Shown: in pieces, positions 42,674 to 56,818 of the stretch
How positions within the stretch are numbered: position 1 is the stretch's first letter
How the letters are laid out: each line of letters begins with the position of its first letter
NCBI RefSeq assembly: GCF_044324875.1
Contig: NZ_CP172185.1
DNA length: 64,000 nt
Reading direction: 5' to 3' (one strand)
Source of the DNA: Escherichia coli
GTDB lineage: Bacteria > Pseudomonadota > Gammaproteobacteria > Enterobacterales > Enterobacteriaceae
Position numbers and translations under genes: made by a program
The notes under the pieces: generated by a model
Told to the model about the DNA's origin: nothing
What the model saw: only the letters and a program-made list of their open reading frames with translations
Database searches by the model: none

Positions 42674-43879
42674 ATGTTTCATCTCGATACTTTAGCAACG
42701 CTTGTTGCCGCAACGCTGACGTTGCTGCTCGGGCGTAAGTTGGTCCATTCCGTCTCCTTTTTGAAGAAATACACCATACCGGAACCTGTTGCGGGTGGTT
42801 TGTTGGTGGCGCTGGCGCTACTGGTACTGAAAAAAAGCATGGGCTGGGAAGTCAACTTTGATATGTCCCTGCGCGATCCGTTAATGCTGGCTTTCTTCGC
42901 CACCATTGGCCTGAACGCCAACATTGCCAGTTTGCGTGCCGGTGGGCGTGTGGTTGGCATCTTCTTGATTGTGGTTGTTGGTCTGTTGGTGATGCAAAAT
43001 GCCATTGGCATTGGTATGGCTAGCCTGTTAGGGCTTGATCCGCTGATGGGGCTGTTGGCCGGTTCTATTACGCTTTCCGGCGGTCACGGTACGGGCGCTG
43101 CGTGGAGTAAATTGTTCATTGAACGCTATGGCTTCACCAATGCGACGGAAGTGGCGATGGCCTGTGCGACGTTTGGTCTGGTGCTGGGCGGCTTGATTGG
43201 CGGTCCGGTAGCGCGCTATCTGGTGAAACACTCCACCACGCCGAACGGTATTCCGGATGACCAGGAAGTCCCGACGGCGTTCGAAAAGCCGGATGTGGGC
43301 CGCATGATCACCTCGCTGGTGCTGATTGAAACTATCGCGCTGATTGCTATCTGCCTGACGGTGGGGAAAATTGTTGCGCAACTTTTGGCTGGCACTGCTT
43401 TTGAACTGCCGACCTTCGTCTGTGTACTGTTTGTTGGCGTGATTCTGAGCAACGGTCTGTCAATGATGGGCTTTTACCGCGTCTTTGAGCGTGCGGTATC
43501 CGTGCTGGGTAACGTAAGCCTGTCGTTGTTCCTGGCGATGGCGCTGATGGGGCTGAAACTATGGGAGCTGGCTTCGCTGGCGCTGCCGATGCTGGCGATT
43601 CTGGTGGTACAGACCATCTTCATGGCGTTGTATGCCATCTTCGTTACCTGGCGCATGATGGGCAAAAACTACGATGCGGCGGTGCTGGCTGCGGGTCATT
43701 GTGGTTTTGGCCTCGGTGCAACGCCAACGGCAATCGCCAACATGCAGGCGATCACTGAACGTTTTGGCCCGTCGCACATGGCGTTCCTGGTAGTGCCGAT
43801 GGTCGGTGCGTTCTTTATTGATATCGTTAACGCGCTGGTGATTAAGCTGTATTTAATGTTGCCGATTTTTGCCGGTTAA
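42674..43879 (+). CDS. gltS: Sodium/glutamate symporter GltS
   Basis: 401 aa, matches E. coli GltS. Confidence 0.95.
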   Translation: MFHLDTLATLVAATLTLLLGRKLVHSVSFLKKYTIPEPVAGGLLVALALLVLKKSMGWEVNFDMSLRDPLMLAFFATIGLNANIASLRAGGRVVGIFLIVVVGLLVMQNAIGIGMASLLGLDPLMGLLAGSITLSGGHGTGAAWSKLFIERYGFTNATEVAMACATFGLVLGGLIGGPVARYLVKHSTTPNGIPDDQEVPTAFEKPDVGRMITSLVLIETIALIAICLTVGKIVAQLLAGTAFELPTFVCVLFVGVILSNGLSMMGFYRVFERAVSVLGNVSLSLFLAMALMGLKLWELASLALPMLAILVVQTIFMALYAIFVTWRMMGKNYDAAVLAAGHCGFGLGATPTAIANMQAITERFGPSHMAFLVVPMVGAFFIDIVNALVIKLYLMLPIFAG

Positions 43880-43887
43880 CCGATGAA

Positions 43888-43914
43888 GCGGCGGTCTTCT
43901 CACCGCCGCCTTTT
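43888..43914. terminator. Hairpin between convergent gltS and recG (likely bidirectional terminator)
   Basis: GCGGCGGT-cttctc-ACCGCCGC followed by CTTTTA. Confidence 0.5.
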
Positions 43915-45994
43915 ACGCATTCGAGTAACGTTCCGTCTCCGGCATCCAGCGTTCTATCAGGGCTTTTGCTTGTTGTGGGTAACGTTCGTGAATATGTCGC
44001 GCCAGGCGCTGAACTTCCGGGATCATCGCCTGGTCGCGCAGTAAATCCGCCACTTTAAACTCAGCATTACCCGTCTGACGCGTACCTAACAGTTCACCCG
44101 GTCCGCGAATCTCTAAGTCTTTCTGTGCAATCACAAACCCGTCATTGCTGTCGCGCAGCACTTGCAGGCGAATTTGCGCCGTTTTAGAAAGCGGCGTTTT
44201 GTAGAGCAGCACGCAGTGAGAAGCCACCGCACCACGACCTACACGCCCGCGAAGCTGGTGTAACTGCGCCAGACCCAGACGCTCAGGGTTTTCGATAATC
44301 ATCAGACTGGCGTTAGGCACATCAACGCCGACTTCAATAACGGTAGTGGCAACCAGCAGGTGTAACTCGCCTTGTTTAAATGATGCCATGACGGCCTGCT
44401 TCTCGGCTGGTTTCATCCGTCCGTGTACCAGACCAACATTCAACTCTGGTAGCGCCAGTTTCAACTCTTCCCAGGTAGCTTCCGCCGCCTGCGCTTCCAG
44501 TAACTCTGACTCTTCAATCAACGTACAAACCCAGTATGCCTGACGACCTTCAGTTATGCAGGCGTGGCGCACGCGGTCAATAATGTCGGTACGGCGGGTA
44601 TCAGGAATAGCGACCGTAGTCACTGGCGTGCGGCCTGGCGGCAGCTCATCTATCACCGAGGTATCGAGATCAGCATACGCAGTCATTGCCAGCGTTCGGG
44701 GGATCGGCGTGGCGGTCATGATCAACTGATGAGGATGGAAGCCTTGCTGCTGGCCTTTCTCCCATAACGCCAGACGCTGATGCACGCCAAAACGATGCTG
44801 TTCGTCGATAATCACCAGCGCCAGGCCGTTAAACTGCACCTGTTCCTGGAAGATGGCGTGTGTTCCGACAATCATCTGCACCTGACCGCTGGCGATGGCT
44901 TCCTGCTGTGCCAGCCGCGCTTTACCTTTCTGCTTACCGGCGAGCCAGCCCACTTCGATACCGAGCGGTGCAAACCAGTTACGGAAGTTATTGGCGTGCT
45001 GTTCGGCGAGTAATTCGGTTGGTGCCATCAATGCCACCTGTTTGCCGTGGGCAATCGCACGCAGCGCGGCGATGGCAGCGACCAGCGTTTTACCGGAACC
45101 TACATCGCCCTGTACCAGGCGCATCATCGGCGCATCCAGCGCCATATCGCGCTCGATCTCCGCCACCACGCGTGCCTGTGCGCCCGTTGGCTTGAACGGT
45201 AAGGCTGCGAGGAGTTTATTTTTCAGCGCGTCATTGGCGCTCAGCGGCTGGGCATGGAAACGTTGTGCACCAGCGCGTAACGCCAACATGCTGAGGTTGT
45301 GCGCAAGCAGTTCTTCCAGAATCAGCCGGCGTTGTGCCGGATGCTGCCCGGTTTCCAGATCGCTAAGCTGTAGCGTCGGTGGCGGGCGGTGCAAAGTGCG
45401 CAACGCTTCCGGTAGCGTCATCATTCCTTGTGACAGTTCCGGCGGCAGGAGTTCTTCAATGGCGCAGGTGTCGAGCAGATCCAGCGCCTGGTCGGTTAAT
45501 TTACGCAGCGTGGCCTGCTTTACGCCTTCCGTTGTTGGGTAAACCGGCGTTAGCGTTTCCTGCAACTCTGGCGTACTGAGATCGCCCTGCACGCGGTATT
45601 CCGGGTGGATCATCTCCGCGCCATATTTACCGCGCTTTGCTTCTCCATAGGCCAGCACGCGGCGGCCCGTCGTCAGGCTATTTTTCATTGCCGCGTTGAA
45701 GTTGAAAAAGCGCATGGTGAGAATGCCGGAACCGTCGCTGATCTGGCAGGTCATCATCCGCCGACCGCCGAAGGAGATATTGCAGTTCAGTACTTCGCCT
45801 TCTACCGTGGCATAAACGCCCGGTAGTAGTTCTCCGATGGGGTAGAGATGGGTGCGATCTTCGTAGCGCAGGGGAAGGTGTAAGAGTAGATCCTGCACGG
45901 TATGCAGGTTGATTTTCGCCAGCTTGTTACTAAGCGCTGCACCAACGCCCGTTAGGGAACTGAGCGGGACAGCATCTAACAGGCGACCTTTCAT
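43913..45994 (-). CDS. recG: ATP-dependent DNA helicase RecG
   Basis: 693 aa from MKGRLLDAVPLSSLTGVG...; Walker A GDVGSGKT; matches E. coli RecG. Confidence 0.95.
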   Translation of the reverse strand: MKGRLLDAVPLSSLTGVGAALSNKLAKINLHTVQDLLLHLPLRYEDRTHLYPIGELLPGVYATVEGEVLNCNISFGGRRMMTCQISDGSGILTMRFFNFNAAMKNSLTTGRRVLAYGEAKRGKYGAEMIHPEYRVQGDLSTPELQETLTPVYPTTEGVKQATLRKLTDQALDLLDTCAIEELLPPELSQGMMTLPEALRTLHRPPPTLQLSDLETGQHPAQRRLILEELLAHNLSMLALRAGAQRFHAQPLSANDALKNKLLAALPFKPTGAQARVVAEIERDMALDAPMMRLVQGDVGSGKTLVAAIAALRAIAHGKQVALMAPTELLAEQHANNFRNWFAPLGIEVGWLAGKQKGKARLAQQEAIASGQVQMIVGTHAIFQEQVQFNGLALVIIDEQHRFGVHQRLALWEKGQQQGFHPHQLIMTATPIPRTLAMTAYADLDTSVIDELPPGRTPVTTVAIPDTRRTDIIDRVRHACITEGRQAYWVCTLIEESELLEAQAAEATWEELKLALPELNVGLVHGRMKPAEKQAVMASFKQGELHLLVATTVIEVGVDVPNASLMIIENPERLGLAQLHQLRGRVGRGAVASHCVLLYKTPLSKTAQIRLQVLRDSNDGFVIAQKDLEIRGPGELLGTRQTGNAEFKVADLLRDQAMIPEVQRLARHIHERYPQQAKALIERWMPETERYSNA

Positions 45995-45999
45995 GGTAC

Positions 46000-46689
46000 T
46001 TACCCTGCAGCTTGCATAGTGGCCCACCAGTCGGCATCGGCTTCAATTTCGCCCTGCTGATTGACGTGGGGGTAAGGCAGGCCTTTGCGTTTTGCGACTT
46101 TCGCCAGCACCGGATAGCCGCCTTCAAACAGCAGGCGTTGTTGCTCTGCTTCCGGCAACATGCTGTTTTCACGCAGGTACATGCCCGCATTTTGCCGCTG
46201 GCGCTGGGCTTCGTAAAGAATGAGGGCTGAGGCAACGGAAACATTCAGCGATTGCACCATGCCAATCATCGGAATGATGATGTCCCGATCCGCCAGGGCC
46301 AACGCTTCCTGCGTGATGCCTGTTTTCTCCTGTCCCATCAAAATACAGGTCGGGCGAGTGTAATCAATTTCGCGGAAATCGACAGCGTTATCAGAAAGAT
46401 GGGTTGCCAGAATCTGCATGCCCTGGCCTTTCAGATGAGCGACGGCATCGCCAATGGTGCGGTGCGTTTTCACCTGTACCCAGCTGTTACTACCCGCAGC
46501 TGCCGAAGCCATGGTGCGCATCCGGCTACCAGGCCAGACAGCATGAACTTCATGTACACCAACGGCATCTGCGGTACGAATAATCGCAGAAACGTTATGA
46601 GGTTTGTGGACCTGCTCCATGCAGACGGTCAGATCAGGCTGCCGCCTGGCGAGCATTTCGCAGATACGTGCATAACGTGTTGGGTTCAT
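46000..46689 (-). CDS. trmH: tRNA (Gm18) 2'-O-methyltransferase TrmH (SpoU)
   Basis: 229 aa, matches E. coli TrmH. Confidence 0.95.
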   Translation of the reverse strand: MNPTRYARICEMLARRQPDLTVCMEQVHKPHNVSAIIRTADAVGVHEVHAVWPGSRMRTMASAAAGSNSWVQVKTHRTIGDAVAHLKGQGMQILATHLSDNAVDFREIDYTRPTCILMGQEKTGITQEALALADRDIIIPMIGMVQSLNVSVASALILYEAQRQRQNAGMYLRENSMLPEAEQQRLLFEGGYPVLAKVAKRKGLPYPHVNQQGEIEADADWWATMQAAG

Positions 46690-46695
46690 AAAACA

Positions 46696-48804
46696 TTAAT
46701 TTCGGTTTCGGGTGACTTTAATCACGTCTGGCATCACGCGGATTTTGCGCATGATATTCGCCAGATGCACACGGTCACGGGCGGTCAGACGAATAAAGGC
46801 GCTGTAGACGCGACCATCTTTCTCTTCCGTATTCAAACTTTGAATATTCGAGGTGGTGGTGTTAATTGCCGCTGTCAGGTTTGCCAGCGCGCCCTGATGA
46901 TTGAACATCTCCACCTTGATTTCGGTGATGAACTCCTGCGCCGTCTCTTTATCCCATTCCACAGCCATAAACTTCTCTGGCTCTTTCTGGTAGCCACGGA
47001 TGTTACGGCAGGATTCATGGTGGATCACCAGACCTTTACCGGGGCTGACGTGGGCGATAATCGGGTCGCCAGGAATAGGGCGGCAGCATTTCGCAAAGGT
47101 GATCAACACGCCATCGGCACCTTTAATGGGCAGATGTCCGTGACTTTGGGTTGCCGGTGGAATGGAGGCGTCCCCATGTTGCAGATTTTTCGCGACCACC
47201 ACGCTCATTGCGTTACCAAGGCCGATTTCAGCCAGCAGATCGTCAAGCGTTGCCAGCTTCATGCGGTCCAGCTCGCGCTGAATATTTTCCTGCGGGATTT
47301 CATTGAGCTTGCGGCTGCCACCCAACGCATGGTTGAGCAGACGACGGCCCAGGCTTACAGAATCATCACGCTTGAGGTTTTTCAGCAATTGACGAATTTT
47401 GGCGCGCGCTTTCGAGCTAACGACAAAGTTCAGCCACGCGGCATTCGGGCGAGCGCCAGGTGCGGTAATAATTTCAACGGTTTGACCGCTGGTAAGCGGC
47501 TGCGACAGCGGGTAAGGCTGGCGGTCGACGCGTGCGCCCACGCAGGCATGACCGATATCGGTATGCACCGCATAAGCGAAGTCGACGGGCGTTGCACCGG
47601 CAGGCAGCTCTACAATGCGCCCTTCCGGTGTGAAAACGTAAATTTCATCCGGGAAGAGATCGGATTTAACGCTCTCGATAAATTCAAACGAGCTACCGGC
47701 ACTCTGTTGCAGCTCCAGCAGGCTTTGCATCCAGCGCTGGGCGCGGATTTGTGCGGTGGTACTGGTTTCGCCGTGCTCTTTATAAGCCCAGTGCGCGGCA
47801 ACACCCATCTCTGCCATCTGATCCATATCTTCGGTACGGATCTGGACCTCAACCGGCACGCCGTGCGGGCCAATCATCGAGGTGTGCAACGACTGATAGC
47901 CGTTTGCTTTGGGAATGGCGATGTAGTCTTTCACACGACCCGGACGCGGCTTGTACAGGCTATGCATTTGCCCGAGCACGCGATAACAGGTGTCGGAATC
48001 ATTGACGATCACGCGGAAGGCGTAGATGTCCATAATCGAGTGAAAACGCTGCTCTTTGAGCACCATTTTGCAGTAAATCGAATAAAGATGCTTCTCGCGA
48101 CCACTGACGCGGCACGGTATTCCCGCTTCCTGCAAACGCCCTTCGATTTCAGAGAGGATTTTTTGGATCATCTCTTTACGGTTGCCGCGCGCGGCTTTCA
48201 CCACTTCTTTGATTACGCGGTAACGGTTGGGATACAGCGCCTCAAAACCCAGCTCTTCGAGTTCGGTTTTAATGTGGTGGATACCTAAACGGTGCGCCAG
48301 CGGGCTGTAAATTTCGAGTGTTTCACGGGCGATGCGGCGACGTTTGTCCGGGCGAAGTGAGCCCAGCGTGCGCATGTTGTGGGTACGGTCGGCAAGTTTG
48401 ATGAGAATGACGCGGATATCCTGCACCATCGCCATAATCATCTTGCGAAAGTTTTCGGCCTGCGCCTCTTTCTTATCGCGGAACTTGAGCTTATCAAGTT
48501 TCGACACCCCCTCTACCAGCTCGGCGACGCTTTTACCAAAAAGCTGTTCCATGTCCTGGTAGGTGGCGGGAGTATCTTCAATCACGTCATGCAGCAGCGC
48601 CGCCATAAGCGTTTCATAGTCGAGTTTCATCTCGGCCAGAATGCAGGCAACCGCCACCGGGTGCGTGATATAGGGTTCACCGCTTGAACGTGTTTGCCCC
48701 TCGTGAGCATCACGTGCAACGAGATACGCCTGCCGCAGACGCTTGATTTGGTCTTCCGGCAGGTAGGTTTGAATCAGTTGATTCAGGCTTTCAAACAGAT
48801 ACAA
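46696..48804 (-). CDS. spoT: Bifunctional (p)ppGpp synthetase/hydrolase SpoT
   Basis: 702 aa, TTG start; HD hydrolase and synthetase domains; matches E. coli SpoT. Confidence 0.95.
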   Translation of the reverse strand: MYLFESLNQLIQTYLPEDQIKRLRQAYLVARDAHEGQTRSSGEPYITHPVAVACILAEMKLDYETLMAALLHDVIEDTPATYQDMEQLFGKSVAELVEGVSKLDKLKFRDKKEAQAENFRKMIMAMVQDIRVILIKLADRTHNMRTLGSLRPDKRRRIARETLEIYSPLAHRLGIHHIKTELEELGFEALYPNRYRVIKEVVKAARGNRKEMIQKILSEIEGRLQEAGIPCRVSGREKHLYSIYCKMVLKEQRFHSIMDIYAFRVIVNDSDTCYRVLGQMHSLYKPRPGRVKDYIAIPKANGYQSLHTSMIGPHGVPVEVQIRTEDMDQMAEMGVAAHWAYKEHGETSTTAQIRAQRWMQSLLELQQSAGSSFEFIESVKSDLFPDEIYVFTPEGRIVELPAGATPVDFAYAVHTDIGHACVGARVDRQPYPLSQPLTSGQTVEIITAPGARPNAAWLNFVVSSKARAKIRQLLKNLKRDDSVSLGRRLLNHALGGSRKLNEIPQENIQRELDRMKLATLDDLLAEIGLGNAMSVVVAKNLQHGDASIPPATQSHGHLPIKGADGVLITFAKCCRPIPGDPIIAHVSPGKGLVIHHESCRNIRGYQKEPEKFMAVEWDKETAQEFITEIKVEMFNHQGALANLTAAINTTTSNIQSLNTEEKDGRVYSAFIRLTARDRVHLANIMRKIRVMPDVIKVTRNRN

Positions 48805-48822
48805 GGGCGACCCGCTTTGTGA

Positions 48823-49098
48823 TTAACGACGACCTTCAGCAATAGCGGTAACGGCTTGTAATTCAGCGGCTTCCTGCTCTTGCTGTTCCTGGCGTTCACG
48901 AACGTCGAGGATCTGGTTGTTGATCAGACCTTCTTCGATTTCGCGCAGCGCGATTACAGTGGTTTTATCGTTTTCTTCCGGTACCAGCGGATCCTTTCCG
49001 CCTACCTGCATCTGACGAGCGCGACGCGCGGCGACCAGTACCAGGTCAAAACGGTTACCAATTTTCTCTACAGCGTCCTGAACAGTTACGCGTGCCAT
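48823..49098 (-). CDS. rpoZ: RNA polymerase omega subunit
   Basis: 91 aa [29 protein letters not shown]... Confidence 0.95.
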
Positions 49099-49152
49099 AC
49101 TTAAAAAGCTCCACAGGTGAAGAAATGACTGGGCATGATACTGAAATCAGGT

Positions 49153-49940
<788 letters not shown>

Positions 49941-49941
49941 C

Positions 49942-52330
<2,389 letters not shown>

Positions 52331-52620
52331 GGTTCTCTCCCTAAAAATCTGTCTGGCAGGGTAGCGATTTGTGCGTATTGTCACGATTGAGATTTTTTAA
52401 GGTGAGAGGAAATTGATAACTTGTAGTTATGTGAAATCGCTATTTTCTGTAGCGTAGATGCATTCTTCTGACTTCTTGTCTGAGAAAATGCATAAGAAAA
52501 AATAGGTTAAAATTGAGGGGTGGAAAAGAAAGGTGCAATGTTTAGCCATTGTGTTCACCGCACCTGGACTTTGGCTTACGCATCGGGTATCTCAATCAAC
52601 AAAAGAGTTTTTAGTTTCTG

Positions 52621-53445
52621 CTATTTCTTCTCTGTAATTTTTACACTGTTTTCCAACTGCTTGATGCTGACCTGCGGGGTCGGCAACTCCTCAGGCATGG
52701 TTCCGCCAAGTTCCTGAATGGTTTGCCTCACCTTGCTACCCACGTCAAAGTGTGTGGTATTAGCTTGCTGTTTTGAATTCACGCCATCCCGCTTGAGTTT
52801 TTCTTCTGTTTGGGTAGCTCGAAAGAGATTAGCCGCCAGTTCTGTTGAACCCATATGATCCAGGATCTTCTGACTCTTTTTCAGCCCCTTCCGCTGATGG
52901 ATGGCTTTCTGATCTAATCCACCATACAGCCCCCGGTAACCATGATTCTGAAATATGGCGAAATCGATAGCTGTCGCTACCCCAGCTTGCTGCGCTGCCT
53001 CAACTAATTGTTTGTTATGTTCTTTCAACTCATTTCTCAGAAAAAGACGCTTTTCGTCTTCACGAAGTTGCCTGAAAGCTTCATCGTCAGCCAGCTCCTG
53101 TCGTCGGGTCTGGATAGCAAAATAAGTTTGCCCTGCCGCAATAACCGGTTTCGCAGGGTCGCCGTTTTGTACTACCAGGTAACAGGCATAGCGGGAGAGT
53201 ACGATGTCTTTTAATGCTCTTTTGGCATTTGAGCCAATTTTGACCATATCGAGGATCTCCTCGAAATGGTCATCAATTGTGTGACCACTATTCAGACAAG
53301 CTTCTTTGGCGCGCGTTAATACAGGTATAAAGTGACGATACTCTGAATAACCCAGTAGTTTCCCAAGTTGTCTTGCTGACCATTGTTCTGCTCCGTTTGC
53401 ATTAATCAGCTTTATCTCTTCAAAAGGTTGATGATGTTCGTTCAT
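52621..53445 (-). CDS. dinD: DNA-damage-inducible protein D
   Basis: 274 aa from MNEHHQPFEEIKLINANGAEQWSARQLGKLLGY... Confidence 0.9.
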   Translation of the reverse strand: MNEHHQPFEEIKLINANGAEQWSARQLGKLLGYSEYRHFIPVLTRAKEACLNSGHTIDDHFEEILDMVKIGSNAKRALKDIVLSRYACYLVVQNGDPAKPVIAAGQTYFAIQTRRQELADDEAFRQLREDEKRLFLRNELKEHNKQLVEAAQQAGVATAIDFAIFQNHGYRGLYGGLDQKAIHQRKGLKKSQKILDHMGSTELAANLFRATQTEEKLKRDGVNSKQQANTTHFDVGSKVRQTIQELGGTMPEELPTPQVSIKQLENSVKITEKK

Positions 53446-53665
53446 TGCCCACTCCATGTGATATCGATTGCAAGGAAAGTAAGTCTACAACTGTGTTTAT
53501 ATACAGTTGTGAGTATCTCACGTTCTCACTGCGCTGGGCAAAAAAACATCGCAAAATCTGGAGCAGGCACGCAAAACAGAATTGAATGTTGCGGGGAAGA
53601 AAAATGCCGCTCTGTTTTAGTGGCGGCATTTGTGAAGGCGGAAAAGTAAGAATTGGCGTTACGAG

Positions 53666-54529
53666 TTACTCGATATTCTGGATCTGCTCGCGCATCTGCT
53701 CAATCAACACTTTCAGCTCAATCGCGGAGTTTGTCACTTCGGCATTGATAGACTTCGACGCAAGAGTGTTCGACTCGCGGTTGAATTCCTGCATCATAAA
53801 GTCCAGACGACGACCAACGGCTTCTTTTTTCTTCAGAATGTTGTAGGTCTCTTTGACATGCGCTTCTAGGCGGTCCAGTTCTTCGGCAACGTCAATTCGT
53901 TGTGCCAGCAGAACCAACTCCTGCTCCAGACGGTTGTTTTCCAACTGAACCTGAGCATCTTCCAGCTTCGCGACCAGACGCTCACGCTGCCATTGCAGGA
54001 TTTCCGGCATATGGGCGCGGACTTTGACCACTTCGGCGGTGACGCCTTCCAGACGCTGCTCGATCAATGCTTTCAGCGCCTGACCTTCGGTTTCGCGCGC
54101 GACGATAAAGTCGTCCAGCGTACCATCCAACGCCGCGAGAATTTCAGCGGCAATCGCGTCGAGATCCTGCTCCTGGGCTGCCATCACGCCCGGCCAGCGT
54201 AGAATATCAACCGGGTTGATTTCCCCTTCGTCACTCTGCATTTTTACCCAGTTCGCGGCAGTTACCAGCTGTTTAGCCAGTTTTTCGTTGAGGATCAGCT
54301 CACCTTGTGCGCTAACATCTGGTTCATAGCGCAGGGTACATTCCACTTTACCGCGCGTCAGGCGAGAACGAATACGCTCGCGAACGACAGGTTCAAGGCT
54401 ACGGAACTGCTCCGGCAGACGAAAGTAAGTTTCCAGATAACGCTGGTTTACCGAGCGCATTTCCCAGGTTGCGCTCCCCCATTCACCCTTGATTTCACGC
54501 CGGGCGTAGGCGGTCATACTGCGGATCAT
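53666..54529 (-). CDS. yicC: YicC-family stress-induced protein
   Basis: 287 aa MIRSMTAYARREIKGEWGSATWEMRSVNQRYLE... Confidence 0.9.
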   Translation of the reverse strand: MIRSMTAYARREIKGEWGSATWEMRSVNQRYLETYFRLPEQFRSLEPVVRERIRSRLTRGKVECTLRYEPDVSAQGELILNEKLAKQLVTAANWVKMQSDEGEINPVDILRWPGVMAAQEQDLDAIAAEILAALDGTLDDFIVARETEGQALKALIEQRLEGVTAEVVKVRAHMPEILQWQRERLVAKLEDAQVQLENNRLEQELVLLAQRIDVAEELDRLEAHVKETYNILKKKEAVGRRLDFMMQEFNRESNTLASKSINAEVTNSAIELKVLIEQMREQIQNIE

Positions 54530-54655
54530 AGACGTTCCTGTTTATAAAAGGAGAGGTGGAAGGATTATAGCCATCGATGCCTTGTCAGGATAGGAATAAC
54601 CGCCGGAAGTCCGTATAATGCGCAGCCACATTTGTTTCAAGCCGGAGATTTCAAT

Positions 54656-55372
54656 ATGCGTCCAGCAGGCCGTAGCAATAATCAGGTGCGTCCCGTTACC
54701 CTGACTCGTAACTATACAAAACATGCAGAAGGCTCGGTGCTGGTCGAATTTGGCGATACCAAAGTATTGTGTACCGCCTCTATTGAAGAAGGCGTGCCGC
54801 GCTTCCTGAAAGGTCTGGGCCAGGGCTGGATCACCGCAGAGTACGGCATGCTGCCACGTTCTACCCACACCCGTAACGCGCGTGAAGCGGCGAAAGGTAA
54901 GCAGGGTGGACGCACCATGGAAATCCAGCGTCTGATCGCCCGTGCTCTTCGTGCGGCAGTAGATTTGAAAGCGCTGGGTGAGTTCACTATTACGCTGGAC
55001 TGCGACGTGCTTCAGGCTGATGGTGGCACGCGTACCGCTTCGATTACGGGTGCCTGCGTGGCGCTGGCAGATGCGCTACAGAAGCTGGTGGAAAACGGCA
55101 AGCTGAAAACCAACCCGATGAAAGGGATGGTAGCCGCAGTTTCTGTCGGGATTGTGAACGGCGAAGCGGTTTGCGATCTGGAATACGTTGAAGACTCTGC
55201 CGCTGAAACGGACATGAACGTGGTGATGACTGAAGACGGGCGCATCATTGAAGTGCAGGGGACGGCAGAAGGCGAGCCGTTCACCCATGAAGAGCTTCTC
55301 ACCTTGTTGGCGCTGGCCCGAGGGGGAATCGAATCCATTGTAGCGACGCAGAAGGCGGCGCTGGCAAACTGA
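54656..55372 (+). CDS. rph: Ribonuclease PH, full length (no K-12 rph-1 frameshift)
   Basis: 238 aa from [16 protein letters not shown]... to ...[13 protein letters not shown]. Confidence 0.95.
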   Translation: MRPAGRSNNQVRPVTLTRNYTKHAEGSVLVEFGDTKVLCTASIEEGVPRFLKGLGQGWITAEYGMLPRSTHTRNAREAAKGKQGGRTMEIQRLIARALRAAVDLKALGEFTITLDCDVLQADGGTRTASITGACVALADALQKLVENGKLKTNPMKGMVAAVSVGIVNGEAVCDLEYVEDSAAETDMNVVMTEDGRIIEVQGTAEGEPFTHEELLTLLALARGGIESIVATQKAALAN

Positions 55373-55377
55373 TTTTT

Positions 55378-55406
55378 AAGGCGACTGATGAGTCGCCTTT
55401 TTTTTG
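55378..55406 (+). terminator. pyrE attenuator hairpin in the rph-pyrE intergenic region
   Basis: AAGGCGACTGATGAGTCGCCTT followed by a T8 run, 6 bp after the rph stop and about 30 bp before pyrE; known UTP-sensitive attenuator position. Confidence 0.75.
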
Positions 55407-55437
55407 TCTGTAGAAAAGTAAGATGAGGAGCGAAGGC

Positions 55438-56079
55438 ATGAAACCATATCAGCGCCAGTTTATTGAATTTGCGCTTAGCAAGCAGGTGTTAAAGTTTGGC
55501 GAGTTTACGCTGAAATCCGGGCGCAAAAGCCCCTATTTCTTCAACGCCGGGCTGTTTAATACCGGGCGCGATCTGGCACTGTTAGGCCGTTTTTACGCTG
55601 AAGCATTGGTGGATTCCGGCATTGAGTTCGATCTGCTGTTTGGCCCTGCTTACAAAGGGATCCCGATTGCGACCACTACCGCCGTGGCGCTGGCGGAGCA
55701 TCATGACCTTGACCTGCCGTACTGCTTTAACCGCAAAGAGGCAAAATACCACGGTGAAGGCGGCAATCTGGTTGGTAGCGCGTTACAAGGACGCGTAATG
55801 CTGGTAGATGATGTGATCACCGCCGGAACGGCGATCCGCGAGTCGATGGAAATTATTCAGGCCAATGGCGCGACGCTTGCTGGCGTATTGATTTCGCTCG
55901 ATCGTCAGGAACGGGGGCGCGGCGAGATTTCGGCAATTCAGGAAGTTGAGCGTGATTACAACTGCAAAGTGATCTCTATCATCACCCTGAAAGACCTGAT
56001 TGCTTACCTGGAAGAGAAGCCGGAAATGGCGAAACATCTGGCGGCGGTTAAGGCCTATCGCGAAGAGTTCGGCGTTTAA
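55438..56079 (+). CDS. pyrE: Orotate phosphoribosyltransferase
   Basis: 213 aa from [29 protein letters not shown]... Confidence 0.95.
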   Translation: MKPYQRQFIEFALSKQVLKFGEFTLKSGRKSPYFFNAGLFNTGRDLALLGRFYAEALVDSGIEFDLLFGPAYKGIPIATTTAVALAEHHDLDLPYCFNRKEAKYHGEGGNLVGSALQGRVMLVDDVITAGTAIRESMEIIQANGATLAGVLISLDRQERGRGEISAIQEVERDYNCKVISIITLKDLIAYLEEKPEMAKHLAAVKAYREEFGV

Positions 56080-56115
56080 AGAAACTCGCCGGATGAAAAG
56101 TCATCCGGCGTCATA

Positions 56116-56712
56116 TTACTGCAACTGTGCGGCAATTAGCGGCCAGCGGGCGTCAAAATCATCCGTCGGGCGGTATTTAAACTCGCTGCGGACAAAGCGT
56201 GACAGCATACCTTCACAGAAGGCCAGGATCTGGCTTGCCAGCAGGGTTTCATCGGTGGTGTAACCTTCACCCTCACGCATTCTCTTTTCGCGCAATACCT
56301 GACGCAACTGCGCTTCAATACGCTCGAACAGCTGGTTGATGCGCCCTTGCAGGCGATCCTGTTCAAACATTAGTGCATGACCAGTGAGGATGCGAGTCAG
56401 GCCAGGATTACGCTCACCAAAACCGAGAAGCAGCAACACAATCAGACGCAGGCGCGCTGTGGTGTCCTTCTCATCTTTCAGAATCAGATTGATGCGAGTA
56501 ATCAGGCTATCTTCGATAAACTCAATCAGGCTATCGAACATGCGGGTCTTACTGGGGAAGTGGCGATACAGTGCCGCTTCGGAAACGCCGACAGAGGCGG
56601 CCAGTTTTGCCGTCGTGATACGTTGGCTTCCATCGCTGGATTCCAGCATCAGCGCCAGAGACTGAAGTATTTCCTCGCGACGGTTCCTTTTCGCAGTTTG
56701 TTTTTCTGCCAT
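56116..56712 (-). CDS. slmA: Nucleoid occlusion factor SlmA (TetR family)
   Basis: 198 aa from [24 protein letters not shown]... Confidence 0.95.
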
Positions 56713-56818
56713 GTTACAAAATACCCCTGAAAATAAGCACTTGCCAGGCGGCACCCACGCTATGACCGCAAACGAAATGTTTGCGGCTATGTTATGACGT
56801 TATTCGGATGCGTATGTG

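Noticed and set aside
44346-45826. Several 65-215-aa plus-strand ORFs
   Set aside because: All lie antisense within recG; compositionally biased (Ala/Arg/Ser-rich); no independent support.
46252-48288. 678-aa plus-strand ORF
   Set aside because: Entirely antisense to trmH and spoT, which are strongly supported. No start-proximal signals and an Arg/Ala/His-rich, low-complexity composition typical of a spurious antisense frame in GC-rich coding DNA.
56085-56110. Hairpin CGCCGGATGA-aaag-TCATCCGGCG between convergent pyrE and slmA as a terminator feature
   Set aside because: Perfect stem but no clear U-tract on either strand; could be a REP-like or bidirectional terminator. Mentioned but not listed as a confident feature.
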